A DNA stretch of 64,000 nucleotides from Octopus sinensis. Taxonomy: Eukaryota. The notes under the pieces are model-generated. The model saw only the letters and a list, made by a program, of their open reading frames with translations. It did no database searches and was not told the origin of the DNA. Position numbers and translations under genes: made by a program. The stretch spans positions 64,170,001-64,234,000 of the forward strand of contig NC_043007.1 of assembly GCF_006345805.1 (NCBI RefSeq), in the 5' to 3' direction. This document shows positions 24,743 to 36,450 of the stretch, one piece after another. How positions within the stretch are numbered: the first letter of the stretch is position 1; the number at the start of each line of letters is the position of its first letter.

Positions 24743-26029
24743 TTAGGCTGTCAAGAAAGTTCTTGCGGTTTTTAACCTTTAAATTCAGATGCACATATCT
24801 CGACTCAAACAAAACTTTATTAATCGAAATAAACACCATTAGAATCAACACACTTTTGCCAACGCGAAACAAGTTTATTTATGCCAGTAGCATAAAAGTC
24901 CTGCGTTCTGGTAGTGATGAAGTTGTTGAAGGCATGTTTGGCATCGTCTTGGTTTTTTAAGCATTTCTCACGCAGGAAGTTATTGAGATGCTTGAAAAAG
25001 TGGTAGTCGGTAGGTGAGAGGTCTGGTGAGTATGGCGGATGAGGCAGAGTTTCGTAGCCCAATTCGTTCAACTTCTGCAGGGTCAGTTGTGCGATGTGCG
25101 GCCAAGCGTTGTTGTGGAGAAGAATTGGTCCTTTTCTATTGACCAATGCTGGCTGTTGTTGTCGGAGTTTCTTATGCATTTCATCCATTTTCTGACAGTA
25201 CTTCTCCGCTGTAATGGTTTCGCCTGGATCCAAAAAGCTGTAATAGGTGAGACCGGCTGCAGACCACCAAACAGTCACCATGACCTTCTTTTGGTGCAAC
25301 TTTGATATCAAGAAGTACTGTGGAGCTTCCTCGGCAACCAACCACTGAGCTGAGTGTCACCAGTTGTCGTAAAGAATCCACTTCTCATTGTAAGTCACAA
25401 TCCAGTTGAGAAATGAGTCATTCTTGTTGCATAAAAGAAGGGAAGATGACACTTCAAAATGGTGTTTTTTTTAGTTGTCGTTCAATTCATGCAGCACCCA
25501 TTTCTCAAGTATTTTTATTTTTCCAATCTCTTTCAAGTGGTTGGAAATTGTTGTATACGTTATGTCTAATTCAGAAGCAAGCTCTCGAACAGTTGTGCAT
25601 GGATTGGCTTCCACTAAGGCTCTTAGTTGATTGTTGTCAACATCCGATGACCAACCACTACGTGTATCATCTTCAAGACTCTCGTCACTGCTACAAAATT
25701 TCTTGAACCACCATTGTGCTGTACGTTTATTAGTGGTTCCTGGGCCAAATGCATCATTGATATCGTGAGCTGTTTCAGCAGCTTTACGGCCTAGCTTGAA
25801 CTGGAATAAGAAAATTGTGCGAATTTGCTTTTTGTCCATGTTGTATTCAACGTTGCGGAAAAAATGGCCTAATTATTCAAAAAGTAAAAGACTAACACAA
25901 TTAGATAGAGCAAAAAAACAGGCTTTAAAATGATATATAAAGTCAAAGTAATTCAACGAAAATTAATTTGAAAGTATATCATTTAAAACCAAAATTTAAA
26001 ATTCTGCAAGAACTTTCTTGACAAACTAA
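24743..26029 (-). mobile_element. complete mariner transposon (Hsmar1/cecropia-like), inactivated
   Basis: TIRs TTAG(GC/TT)TGTCAAGAAAGTTCTTGC, 1287 bp. Transposase frame 25839-24820 (340 codons) with two in-frame stops; WVLHEL, YSPDLSPTDY; first and second catalytic Asp read as Asn (TYNEKW, HNNAW). Confidence 0.95.
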
Positions 26030-26169
26030 TACTTGAGCCCTGGGCTGACCAAAGTTTTGAGGAGTGGATTTGGTTGATTGACAGACAATGAAATCCATCT
26101 GTGCATGTGTGTGTGTGTGCTCATGCGTGCGTGTATATAGATAGATAGATATCTTTTATCTTTTACTTG

Positions 26170-26570
26170 TTTCAGTCATTAAACTGCAGCGAAGGTGGAG
26201 TACTGCCTTAAAGAATTTTTAGTCAAATGAATCAACCCCAGGACTTATTTTTTGTGACGCCTGTTACTTATTCTATCAGTCCCTTTTGCCGAACTGCTAG
26301 GTTACAGGGACATAAACACACCAACATTAATTGTCAAGCAGTACTGGGAGATAACCAAGACACAAAGATTTACACACACACACACAGAAGGAGATAGATA
26401 GATAGATATTACAAGTTTCTTTCAGTTTCTGTCTACCAAATCCACTCACAAAGCTTTGGTCAACCCAAGGCTATAGTAGAAGACACTTGCCCAAGGTGCC
26501 ATGCAGTGGGACTGAACCCAGAGCCATATGGTAGGGAAACAAGCTTTGTACCACACGGTCACACCTGCAC
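26170..26570 (-). mobile_element. tRNA-derived SINE (family A)
   Basis: Reverse complement of the same head, body and tail as 1110-1530 and 38686-39090. Confidence 0.8.
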
Positions 26571-28355
26571 CTATACATATACATACATATATGTGTGTGT
26601 GTGTATAAATATATACATATTACAATTTCACTTAGGCAAAGGGATACTAATGACCAGTTGTTAGGACTTAGTATGCTTATGCTTTGTGTGTGTGTGACAT
26701 AGGTAGGTATGGTAGTGAAGTTAATAAGTTCACTTTGCAACCAAAGGTTTTTGGTTTTATGTTTAGTCTCATTGCATGGCATTTTGGGTAAGTTTCCTCT
26801 GCTATAGCCTTGTGAGTGGATGTGGAAACATGAAAATGCTCATCATGTATATATGTGTGTGTGTATGCATGAATATGTTTGAGTCTCCTTGTCTTCATAT
26901 TGTGCAATATGAGCACCTTTGATTTACCAGCAGTGTTGTTTCCATGTAAATATATCTGACCTGTCACCTTGATTGGAAACAGGTGAGGAATAGTATAAGG
27001 AAGAACATCCAGCTTTTGAAAATCTACCACAACAAATCAACAAAATGGAAAGGTGATTGTTAAAATGAAGATAATGACACACACACACATGTATGTGCAT
27101 ATCCCTCTCTCTCTTTCGGAGAGGCACTGAGCAGCTATATGCACACATACACACACGGCAGTAACTTCCGCCTACCGAATTCAATCACAAAGCTCCGGTC
27201 GGCTCGGGGCTATAGCGGAAGACACCTACCCAAAGTGCCACGCAGTGGGACTGAACTGGAAACCATGTAGCTAGGAAGCAAGCTCCCTAACCACACAGCC
27301 ATGCCCGTACACACATACACACACATGTACATACACATGCCTATATAACTATTTGTACTCACACACACCCACACAGGAACACTGACATGTAGTGCTTCAA
27401 TAAAGCTTATAAAATTTCACAAACTGCTACTCTGAATTTCATGTAATCAACCGTCAGAGAGATGTGAATGTTACGAACAATGAAATAGATCTTAAATGGT
27501 ATTAAACAATGTAATAAGCGTTATTTAGCAAATAATCAAACATTCAAGTACCATTTCATCTACCTTCTTTTGCATGTATGTGTTCACATATCTATTCATA
27601 GATAAAGCACCACCACCACCATCATCGTCCTCTTAACATGCACTTTCCCTTGCAGACATAGGTCAGATGTAATTTAAGGCAGATTTTCCATGGCCCAGTG
27701 TTCTTCCTTTCCTGTTTCATCTTCCTTCTTCCCTACTTATCATCCCTCATTCCTTGTTCTTCATTATATTTACCCTCTCATCCATTACCTATCTCTAATT
27801 GACTCTCACTCTCTATACACTCTTGCAAAATCTAATCACCCACACTTTCTGTTCTCCTGTCCCTACTCACTTCTTATCTTGAAGATCCACTCCGACATAT
27901 CATCGCTCCTATTTTTATTTCTTTCCAGCTCTAACTTTGCACCTCCCACACTAGCCCCATAGTATGTGTAACCAGGTAGCTCCTCTATGGCAAGAAACCT
28001 GTTCTATTCTGGCCCCACCTCTCACACAAAACCCCTTCATCCCCTAGCATAAAGCTATCTGCTGTAGTATTGCTCGGTGGATGGAAATTTTAGTCTTGCA
28101 GCCTGCATGGTGACCTCACTAATGCTGGTGCCATGAAAAAAGCACCCACTACATGCTACAACGTAATTGGTGTTAGGAAAGGCACCAAGTGTAGAAACCA
28201 TGCTAATGCAAACACTGAAGCATCATGTAGTCTTTGTACACATCAGACTGGAATGGGTTAGATCATAAATAATGATGATAATAAATACTTAAGGATTCTA
28301 TGCTCTGAATAAATGATAGGAAGAAAAATATTCATTATTTACATTTGATGAATAT

Positions 28356-28610
28356 TTGTTGTTAATACGTTTTGGCTGATATACCCTCCACCCTCAGGTG
28401 TCTTGGGGAAATTTCGAACCTGTGTTCTCATTCCTAAGGTATTTAAATTTTGAACGTAGGTTCAAAATTTCCCCAAGACACCTGAAGAAGGCTGGAGGGT
28501 ATATCAGCCAAAACATTGTGTTAACAACAAACAAGATGAGGACAAATATCCGTTGAATGTAAACAATGTAAATAATGTACATAATTCCTCATCTCTTAAA
28601 TAGAACTGTA
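28356..28610 (+). mobile_element. Penelope-like LTR remnant with inverted partial copy and degenerate minimal hammerhead
   Basis: Inverted arms 28356-28421/28458-28530; ACAC-CUGAAGA-A-GGCUG..CAGCC-AAAA-CAUU-GUGU at 28478-28521. Tail ATAATTCCTCATCTCTTAAAT.GAACTGTAAG also occurs near 24035. Confidence 0.6.
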
Positions 28611-29164
28611 AGAAAAATATTATCATTAATTGAAATGGCCCTTTATTTTCAATTAAGTTGTTATACACAAATTATTTGCTGTTCTGTTATCCAGTCTATA
28701 GGTAGTTAAATCCATATTTTGTTGATGGCTTGAAGACTGATGGAAAGAAGAGAGAGAGAAAGAGTAAAAGTATCTACCTCTCAAGGCTGACAAGTAGATA
28801 GGGTGAAAATTGTATTGATGTGTGATAACAATCCATAAGTGAAGATAGATGCTTTTTAGCTAGGAGCCAAGTGATCAGAGAAATAGAACCGATTTTGGGT
28901 TCTGTATTTATATTTTTTCTAACTAGATTAGGTCAGGCTATCTTTCTAAACACTATTTGACCTAGGAATGTTAACTTAAACAACAGAACTTGACTGTGAC
29001 AGTTGACTCTCATAAATTTTTACTTGCAAAAGCCAAGAACAATTGGAAGAGCGCATGTAGAAAAATGTAGATTGGATCTCAAATTTTGGCTTAGAATCTA
29101 AGCTATTCATTACATATGTGTGTGTGTGTGTTTATATACACACACACACATATATATATATAAG

Positions 29165-29825
29165 GGCCTCCGTTGGTCATGGCTGACCATGGATGATGTC
29201 GTCGGTCTGTTGAGTTGTCTATTCAGTTTTTGTAATGCCTATTGTGGCTGTAGAGAACGATGCAAGAGTGGCAGTCTCATTTGCAGAGGTCACACCTATA
29301 CGTTGAATCCAGTCTGTTGGCTGTCATTTTTTTTCTGCAGGCTTGGTTTTCAGCTGCTGCTACCCTCAAATTCTCTTTGCCGGTCTGCAGTTGTTTGTGA
29401 ATAGTGCCTCTCCAACTGGTTCGGTCAGCTGCGAGATCCTCCCAGGAATTGGTGTTGATGCCAAGTGCCTTCATATCCCTCCTGCACACGTCCCTGTACC
29501 TCAGCTTTGGGTGGCCAATGTTTCTCCGCCCTGCGACAAGCTCTCTGATGAGGACATCCTTTGGGATCCAACCATCCTCCATACGGCGAACATGGACAAG
29601 CCAGTGCAGCCAACATTGTCTTAGCAAGGTGAGCATGGTGGGAAGGTCAACACGAGACAGAACGTCAGTATTGGTTACTTTGTCTTGCCAGTTGATACCG
29701 AGTATGCTTCTGAGGTTTCTGAGGTTGAAGGTGTTAAGCCGTTTCTCCTGGTGGGCGTATGCGGTCCATGTCTCACTGCCGTATAGCAGGGTGCTGAGGA
29801 CGCAAGCACTGTACACAGCCATTTT
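29165..29825 (-). mobile_element. RTE-clade (BovB-like) LINE 3' fragment, distinct family
   Basis: VYSACVLSTLLYGSETW...WQDKVTNTDVL...LHWLVHVRRMEDGWIPKDVL...GRRNIGHPKLRYRD...WEDLAADRTSWR, ending in a YRCDLC..DCHS zinc-finger remnant. Confidence 0.9.
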
Positions 29826-30477
29826 CTTACAAAAAAAAAAAATATATATATATATCTCACGAAAAAAAAAAATATATGTATGTGTGTGTGTAAATGCTAA
29901 TATTGAACAATGAGAATGAGTGCTCAACACTGCCTTGGTAGATAAAGATTCTTTATGTATGGGTTAAGGCTACCATTGGTTTCATACTAATTATCAAGCC
30001 TGTCACATCAGTTTACACCAATGCTCCATGTGACATGGCTGATAATTATTAAGGGATTCCTCTCTTAACCATGGTAGCCTTGACCCATATATATATATAT
30101 ATATATACATACATATATATATGTGTGTGTGTGTGTATGCATACGATATTAGTTGAATGAATCGACCCCAGTACATTTAAAAAAAAATCTCTGGTATTCT
30201 ATCCGTCACTTTTATGTGTGTGAAAACACAGACACACAGAAGTGAATGGATTACATAGAGATCCTGACTTATCGATGTACGATATCTTGTTTGTTGCTTC
30301 ATATACTGAGTTCAAATCACACTGAAGTCAGTAAAGTACTCTAAAGCAAATGATTTGATGCATACACTCACGCCTGCCTGCCTACCTCTCTATCTATCTA
30401 CCTACCTACCTGTCTGTCTGTCTGCCTGTCCGTCCATCCATCCATCCATCCATCTGTCTGTCTGTCTGTCTGCCTGC

Positions 30478-30510
<33 letters not shown>

Positions 30511-31134
30511 AAACTTCTTTTAAGCTATCTATCTATCTATCTATCTATAAAACTTCTTTTAAGCTATCAATAGAATGGCAGCAGCTATTTAATCAATATA
30601 TGGTCAAACCAGTGTCGTATCTGTTGACTTATTAAAAATGGCCATAATCGCTTTAAAAAAAAATAGAACACTAATATACATAACGTGTGAGTCAATGTAT
30701 TTTATATTAGCTATCGAGAATGTAAATAGGATGTCGTTGTAGATTTTTTGTAGCCCTCTCTTTCTCTCAGTGCATATGTATGTAAGCATATATATATATA
30801 TGTATGTATGTATGTACGTATGTATGCATGTATATATATATATGCATGCATGTATATATATATATGCATGTATATATATATGTATAAATGAATTTATATG
30901 GATATATTCACATATACAAATGTGTATATATATTATACACATTTCTATTAAATATATATGTATACACACACACATATAATCACTCTGATAAAGGCGAGCA
31001 AGTCATAACTTCGAAGTCACTTATAACTTTTCCTTGTAAAAATACTGAGTAATCCTTCGGTTTAATGATAAATTATTTCGAGACATAACTTGACATTTAA
31101 TCAAATATTAATACACACGCACACACATATACAT

Positions 31135-31178
<44 letters not shown>

Positions 31179-31458
31179 ATGTATGTATGTGTGTAAGTAC
31201 AGACATATTAAAGACGAATACACTTCCCCTCTCATACGTCCAGAGGTCATATTCTGTTTACCGTAATTTTTTGATAATCTAATTCCACCCGCACAGTAGA
31301 GATCTCAAGTTTAGTTTAGCTCTTTAGTTTATGTTCGATTTGAACTGCTTTGTAAAGGTCACCAACATTCCAAATGTCTATTTCTCTGCTTCATTAGAAT
31401 TCTTTGGTTCCTTATGTAGAAAACTGAATTTTCTTATTTAACGGTATAGCCAACTTAC

Positions 31459-31498
31459 TATCTTCGGTAATCTTTAGGAAATCCTCCATATTAATTCA
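31459..31498 (-). CDS. candidate first coding exon (9-nt UTR + MEDFLKITED)
   Basis: Acceptor CATTAGTTTTTAG|, consensus donor A|GTAAGT, ATG at 31489-31487 with an in-frame TGA just upstream; the other two frames are closed. Confidence 0.35.
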
Positions 31499-31699
31499 CT
31501 AAAAACTAATGATGCCACGAAATAGGACTGAATAGTTATTGACAAATAAGGTTTCATTAAATGTGTTAAAGTATGCAAGGATTTACATACACTTATACAC
31601 GAACACATATATGTAATGTGCACAAATAAACACACACACACAGATATATATATATACACACACACATAGCACATGAGTATGTACATGCACATATAAATA

Positions 31700-34450
31700 A
31701 ATTTATACATACATATGCATATGTGTGCGTGTGTTTATGTTATGTCTTCGTGTGCTCGCGCGTATTACTTCACCATGAAAATGTTTGCATTTAATTGATG
31801 AAAGTCTTATAATTGTGGAAGACTTGTTCTCTTTCAGTTACGGTGAAAATCGAGCAACTGTTTTCGCTTGTGCGTTCTATTCAGCAGTGTAGTTCTTTCC
31901 ACTAATAGCCAGTAGGGCACCATATTTTGGGGTGCGCCTGTTGGTTTCCACGAGACGACAGTTACTTTTAACAAGCACTTCTAAACTGGTTTCGTCTAAT
32001 TATTTCACATTACTTTAAACTATTTATTACTCTCAAATGATCTTTTTTAGATCAATATTTCTTCCTTCACTCTCCCTCTTTCTACCCGACTTCTCACCAA
32101 CACCCACTTATCTAGTATTTCTTTCTAAATTGAAGCACGTCCACCCGTTTATCTCTTTCTCTCTGTTTATAACAGACAACTTGTCTAGCTCTACCTCCAT
32201 TCATGTATCTATTTGGTTTGTTGATCTTATACACACGCATACTTGCGTATATACACACACATAAATACTGTATACATTGCCAAATGCAACAGTCGGCGCG
32301 AAACCGACGGTAACCTAACCAGTTATATGCCGTAACAAGTAATATATTGCTTGGCGTTTTATAAACTGTTACTCATATTGAGTGTCACACATATGTTTAT
32401 ATATACATGTATGCTTATATATATTTATATACACAGTCAACTATATATATATATATATATATATACATTTATATACGTATGTAAATACACGTAGATGCAC
32501 ACACAAATATATATGTATGTATGAAACTCTCAGTCATTGAGTCACTAACTTCTACCGATTATTAATTAAAAGCGTATATATACTCATGCTTTGAGCTCTA
32601 TTTCCGTTTACACCACCAGACCTATATATATATGAAATAATATACAAATATGTGTATATATACACAATATGTCTTTTGCGGTCTTTTGGCGATCTGGGTT
32701 GTCATGAAATATTTCTCTAAACGTCTTTCTCGTTCCTTTCCACCACCGACACCCTAAATAAACATTAACTTCTATTCTTTATCCTTTCGTATATATTTTT
32801 CTCTCTTTCTCTATAATTCCCTCCCAGTATCTTTTATTTCCTGGTCGTCTACTTCACGTTATCTTTCAATTTCCTGCCGCCATTTACATATTTTTTTCTC
32901 TTCTCTTTTACACTTCCCATATTTCTATCAGGTTCTCTTTGCACGTTTTAAAACTAACCGTTTCCTTTCCACTATCTCAATATCAAACCATATACGTATA
33001 TATATATATATATAATTTGCAAAATCTCCTCGTGAAACGACGTTTCATCATTTTTTCTCATAGTTCTACCCATAAACCATAATTACTAGAAATTAGTGTA
33101 TCAATGATTGTAATGACTAAAAAAAAATCTTACGCACACGTATATAAATAAATACACTAAACGTATAAATACATACACAGAGGTATGTATAAAAGTATCT
33201 TTATAATCATTTATATATACTATACACAAATAAATGATTGATGCCATTGATTCTGAATAGAGTGAACAAAATATCCATAGTAGCATAAAATGTCGAATAT
33301 AAAATAAACGACAAATTATAGAAATGATTGTGGGCTAAAAAATCCAACTAGCATGTCTGACGACTAGCGAGTTATCAGTATCTCGTCAGTCCAAAACTAT
33401 GCCGAGTTCGTAAGTGAAGCGAAAGAGCGACTGCTACACAGCTGCTGTGCTGTTTCATTGATGATGTCATATTAGTGCAGCAGCAACCAATCAAAGACGT
33501 TACTTCTCAGATTACACACGAAACTAGCAAGCTAACTTTAGCCGCCATCTTGGCTCGACGCGTTCGCCTTGAGAAAAGATTACCACCGCACGCATACAGA
33601 CACACACTGATACCGCACAAACACATTCATACATACACACATACATACTCACATACATTTACACTGTCGTGCAGAGAAAGTACGACGACAACGTCACATT
33701 CATACATACATATACGTACACACCCGAACTCGCACGCACGCTTACAGAGTCAAGTGCGTTACCGACGTACACACACATAGTTTCCCACACATACACAGAC
33801 GTTCAATTGAAGCGGAGGCTTACGCGGATCGCATCGCATGATGAAGTGGGATTTGCAATTTATTCGCTGACAGATTCCAGGAGTAATGGAGGAAAGGCCG
33901 ACATTTCCCTCTAGATTCTTTGAGAAACGCTGAGATGAAATTCCCCCTACAAACTCCGTGAGGGATTATATATACACACGCAGATAAATAATATACACAC
34001 ATATATATATGCGTCAGCTATATATATGTGTGTGTAATAATAGTAATAATAATTATTATTTTTTCTTGAATCACGGAGAAGGTTGCATTTTCTTTCTAAA
34101 CAGCTAAATGCCTTCCTCTAGCACACTGTACCTCAGTCCACACCTACTGGACCGAGCTTCTTTCACTGACCTATTTCCTTCTCCTCAGAAGGAATATCTA
34201 ACAGAACCACTGGTGATACTATTTGCTGGATAATATAAAATTTACAGAAACCAAACCAGAAAAAAAAAAGTAGAGAAAACCATCTCCATTCAAGAACAAC
34301 AGCAAGAAGGACAAATTTACACCAACACCACGAACCCTTCTCGTTAACGTTTCGGATCATTATCAATTTAATCTATAAAGGCTATATATATATATATACC
34401 GATGTGTATGTCGTATACATACATATATACCGCATGTATTATATGTATAT
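31700..34450. promoter_or_regulatory. CpG-retaining promoter-like region, possibly bidirectional
   Basis: Visibly more CpG than the flanks in mostly non-repetitive sequence (GCTCGCGCG, GTCGGCGCGAAACCGACGG, CTCGACGCGTTCGCC, GCGGATCGCATCGC); contains TGATGTCA 33462, CCAAT 33487 and a YY1 site 33541. Confidence 0.6.
33541..33552 (-). promoter_or_regulatory. YY1 consensus site (CAAGATGGCGGC)
   Basis: Exact match to the known YY1 consensus, typically found just downstream of housekeeping-gene start sites. Confidence 0.65.
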
Positions 34451-35309
34451 AAAACAATAAACAATCCAACCAATTTCCCCCAAAGAAAGGGGAGAAAGAA
34501 AAAAAAAAGAAATAATAATAATAACCATCATCCCTTCCTTTTCCGCCACAAATACCAAGCTTAAAAAAAAGAAAAGGTGGAGGGTTGAGTGTGTGGTTAT
34601 TTATTTTTTTAATTTTTAATATTGTAAACTGGCCATTTATGTGTTGATAAAAGAAAGAGATAGGTGTCTGGTGTGGAAATACCTGATTCTGTTGTGTGTA
34701 AATTTGCTCGCACTCACACAGTGTGTGTGTGTTTGTATGAGTGTATGTGTGTGTGTAATATATTAGCTATTCAACATGTCTACCAGACCCCTTTTACAGA
34801 CGGTACACGAGTCGGTGTCAGTTGATCATCATGTAAGTAATATCTACAATATATATAATAAAATTAGTAATAATAATAATAATGCCATTCAATTATATAC
34901 TCACAATCACAAACAGATTATATATACACACACACATATATATGCACATGTACTTAGACGCACGCAAATACATCTTTTTATATATATTTTTCTACGCATA
35001 CGCTTCCTCATATACACAGATTAACATGAAACTTTTACATACATAAATATCTTTTTACTCCACAGATGCGTGTATCTATGTATAATGCATGGTTGGTGCA
35101 CTTGCTCATTGAGAGATTTTGTTTTATGTAGGTGATTAAACACATATATATGAACACACATACATGCTCTTTTAATGACATAGATTTCAGATTTTATATA
35201 AGTACCGAATATATGATGAAATTATGTACGAATAGCACACAAACGATTTTATATGCTTATAGACAATCGCAAAGAATACACATTCGATTATATATACATA
35301 CAGATATCA

Positions 35310-35358
<49 letters not shown>

Positions 35359-35774
35359 TGCGCACGCATGACGTACACATACATTTTAATACTTAATATT
35401 TCTGATTTCAAGAAACATACACACTCCTATTGATGTATATTTTATAATCTATTTCAAATGATACTCTACGTTTGGAAGTTATTGGTGAAACGAAATATTG
35501 TGTGTGTGTGTGCTATGTACTATCTCTATCTAGTTGATATATATTCTCTGTATTTAGACACGTTTATTTTTTGCATATCTATCACGATCACATAACAGCG
35601 TGTCATATATCTATAATACATATGTATGTATGTATATATATGTGTGTGTGTATATATATATATATTTATATATAAAGATATATGTGAGTGCATACTTGTA
35701 TAGGCGTCTGTAAAAAGATCGGTGTGTGTATCTGTCACATGTGCATATCTATCAGTATATATCTCAATAAGAGG

Positions 35775-36450
35775 TGTATGTATCTGAATATGGATGTGTG
35801 TATCTCATAATATAGATGTCTGCGAATATAGGTGTGTGTATATGTACCTGTGAATATAGGTGTGTGTGTATGTACCTGTGAATATAGGTGTGTGTGTATG
35901 TACCTGTGAATATAGGTGTGTGTGTGTATGTACTTGTGAATAGAGGTGTGTGTATATGCACCTGTGAATATAGTTGCATATGTACCTGTGAATATGGGTG
36001 AGTATGTGTGTGTACCGGTGATTATGGGTGAGTGTGTGTATGTACCTGTGAATATGGATGTGTGTGTGTATGTACGTGTACCTGCGAATATAGGTGAGTG
36101 TGTGTGTGTGTACCTGCGAATATAGGCGAGTGTGTGTGTGTGTACCTGCGAATATAGGCGAGTGTGTGTGTGTACCTGCGAATATAGGCGAGTGCGTGTG
36201 TGTACCTGCGAATATAGGCGAGTGTGTGTGTGTACCTGCGAATATAGGCGAGTGTGTGTGTACCTGCGAATGTAGGTGAGTGTGTGTGTGTGTACCTCTG
36301 AATATAGGTAGTGTGTGTGTGTATACCGGTGAATATACTTGTGTGTATGTACCTGTGAATTTAGTTGTGTATGTGTTTGTGCTCGTGCCTTTGAATGGAG
36401 ATGCATATGTGTGTAACTGAATATGGATGTATATGCACCTGTAAATATTG
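35775..36450. repeat. minisatellite, about 20 units of 23-37 bp, core TACCTG(T/C)GAATATAGG plus a (TG)n spacer
   Basis: Directly visible; translates as LYSQVHTHT/IFTGT repeats on the minus strand. Confidence 0.9.

Noticed and set aside
31459-31489. MEDFLKI resembling the CDK1 N-terminus (MEDYTKIEKIGEG)
   Set aside because: The match ends after seven residues and no kinase exons were found downstream.
35810-36400. Repeat-spacer appearance suggesting a CRISPR array
   Set aside because: Spacers are (TG)n of variable length rather than unique sequences, the context is eukaryotic, and there are no cas genes.
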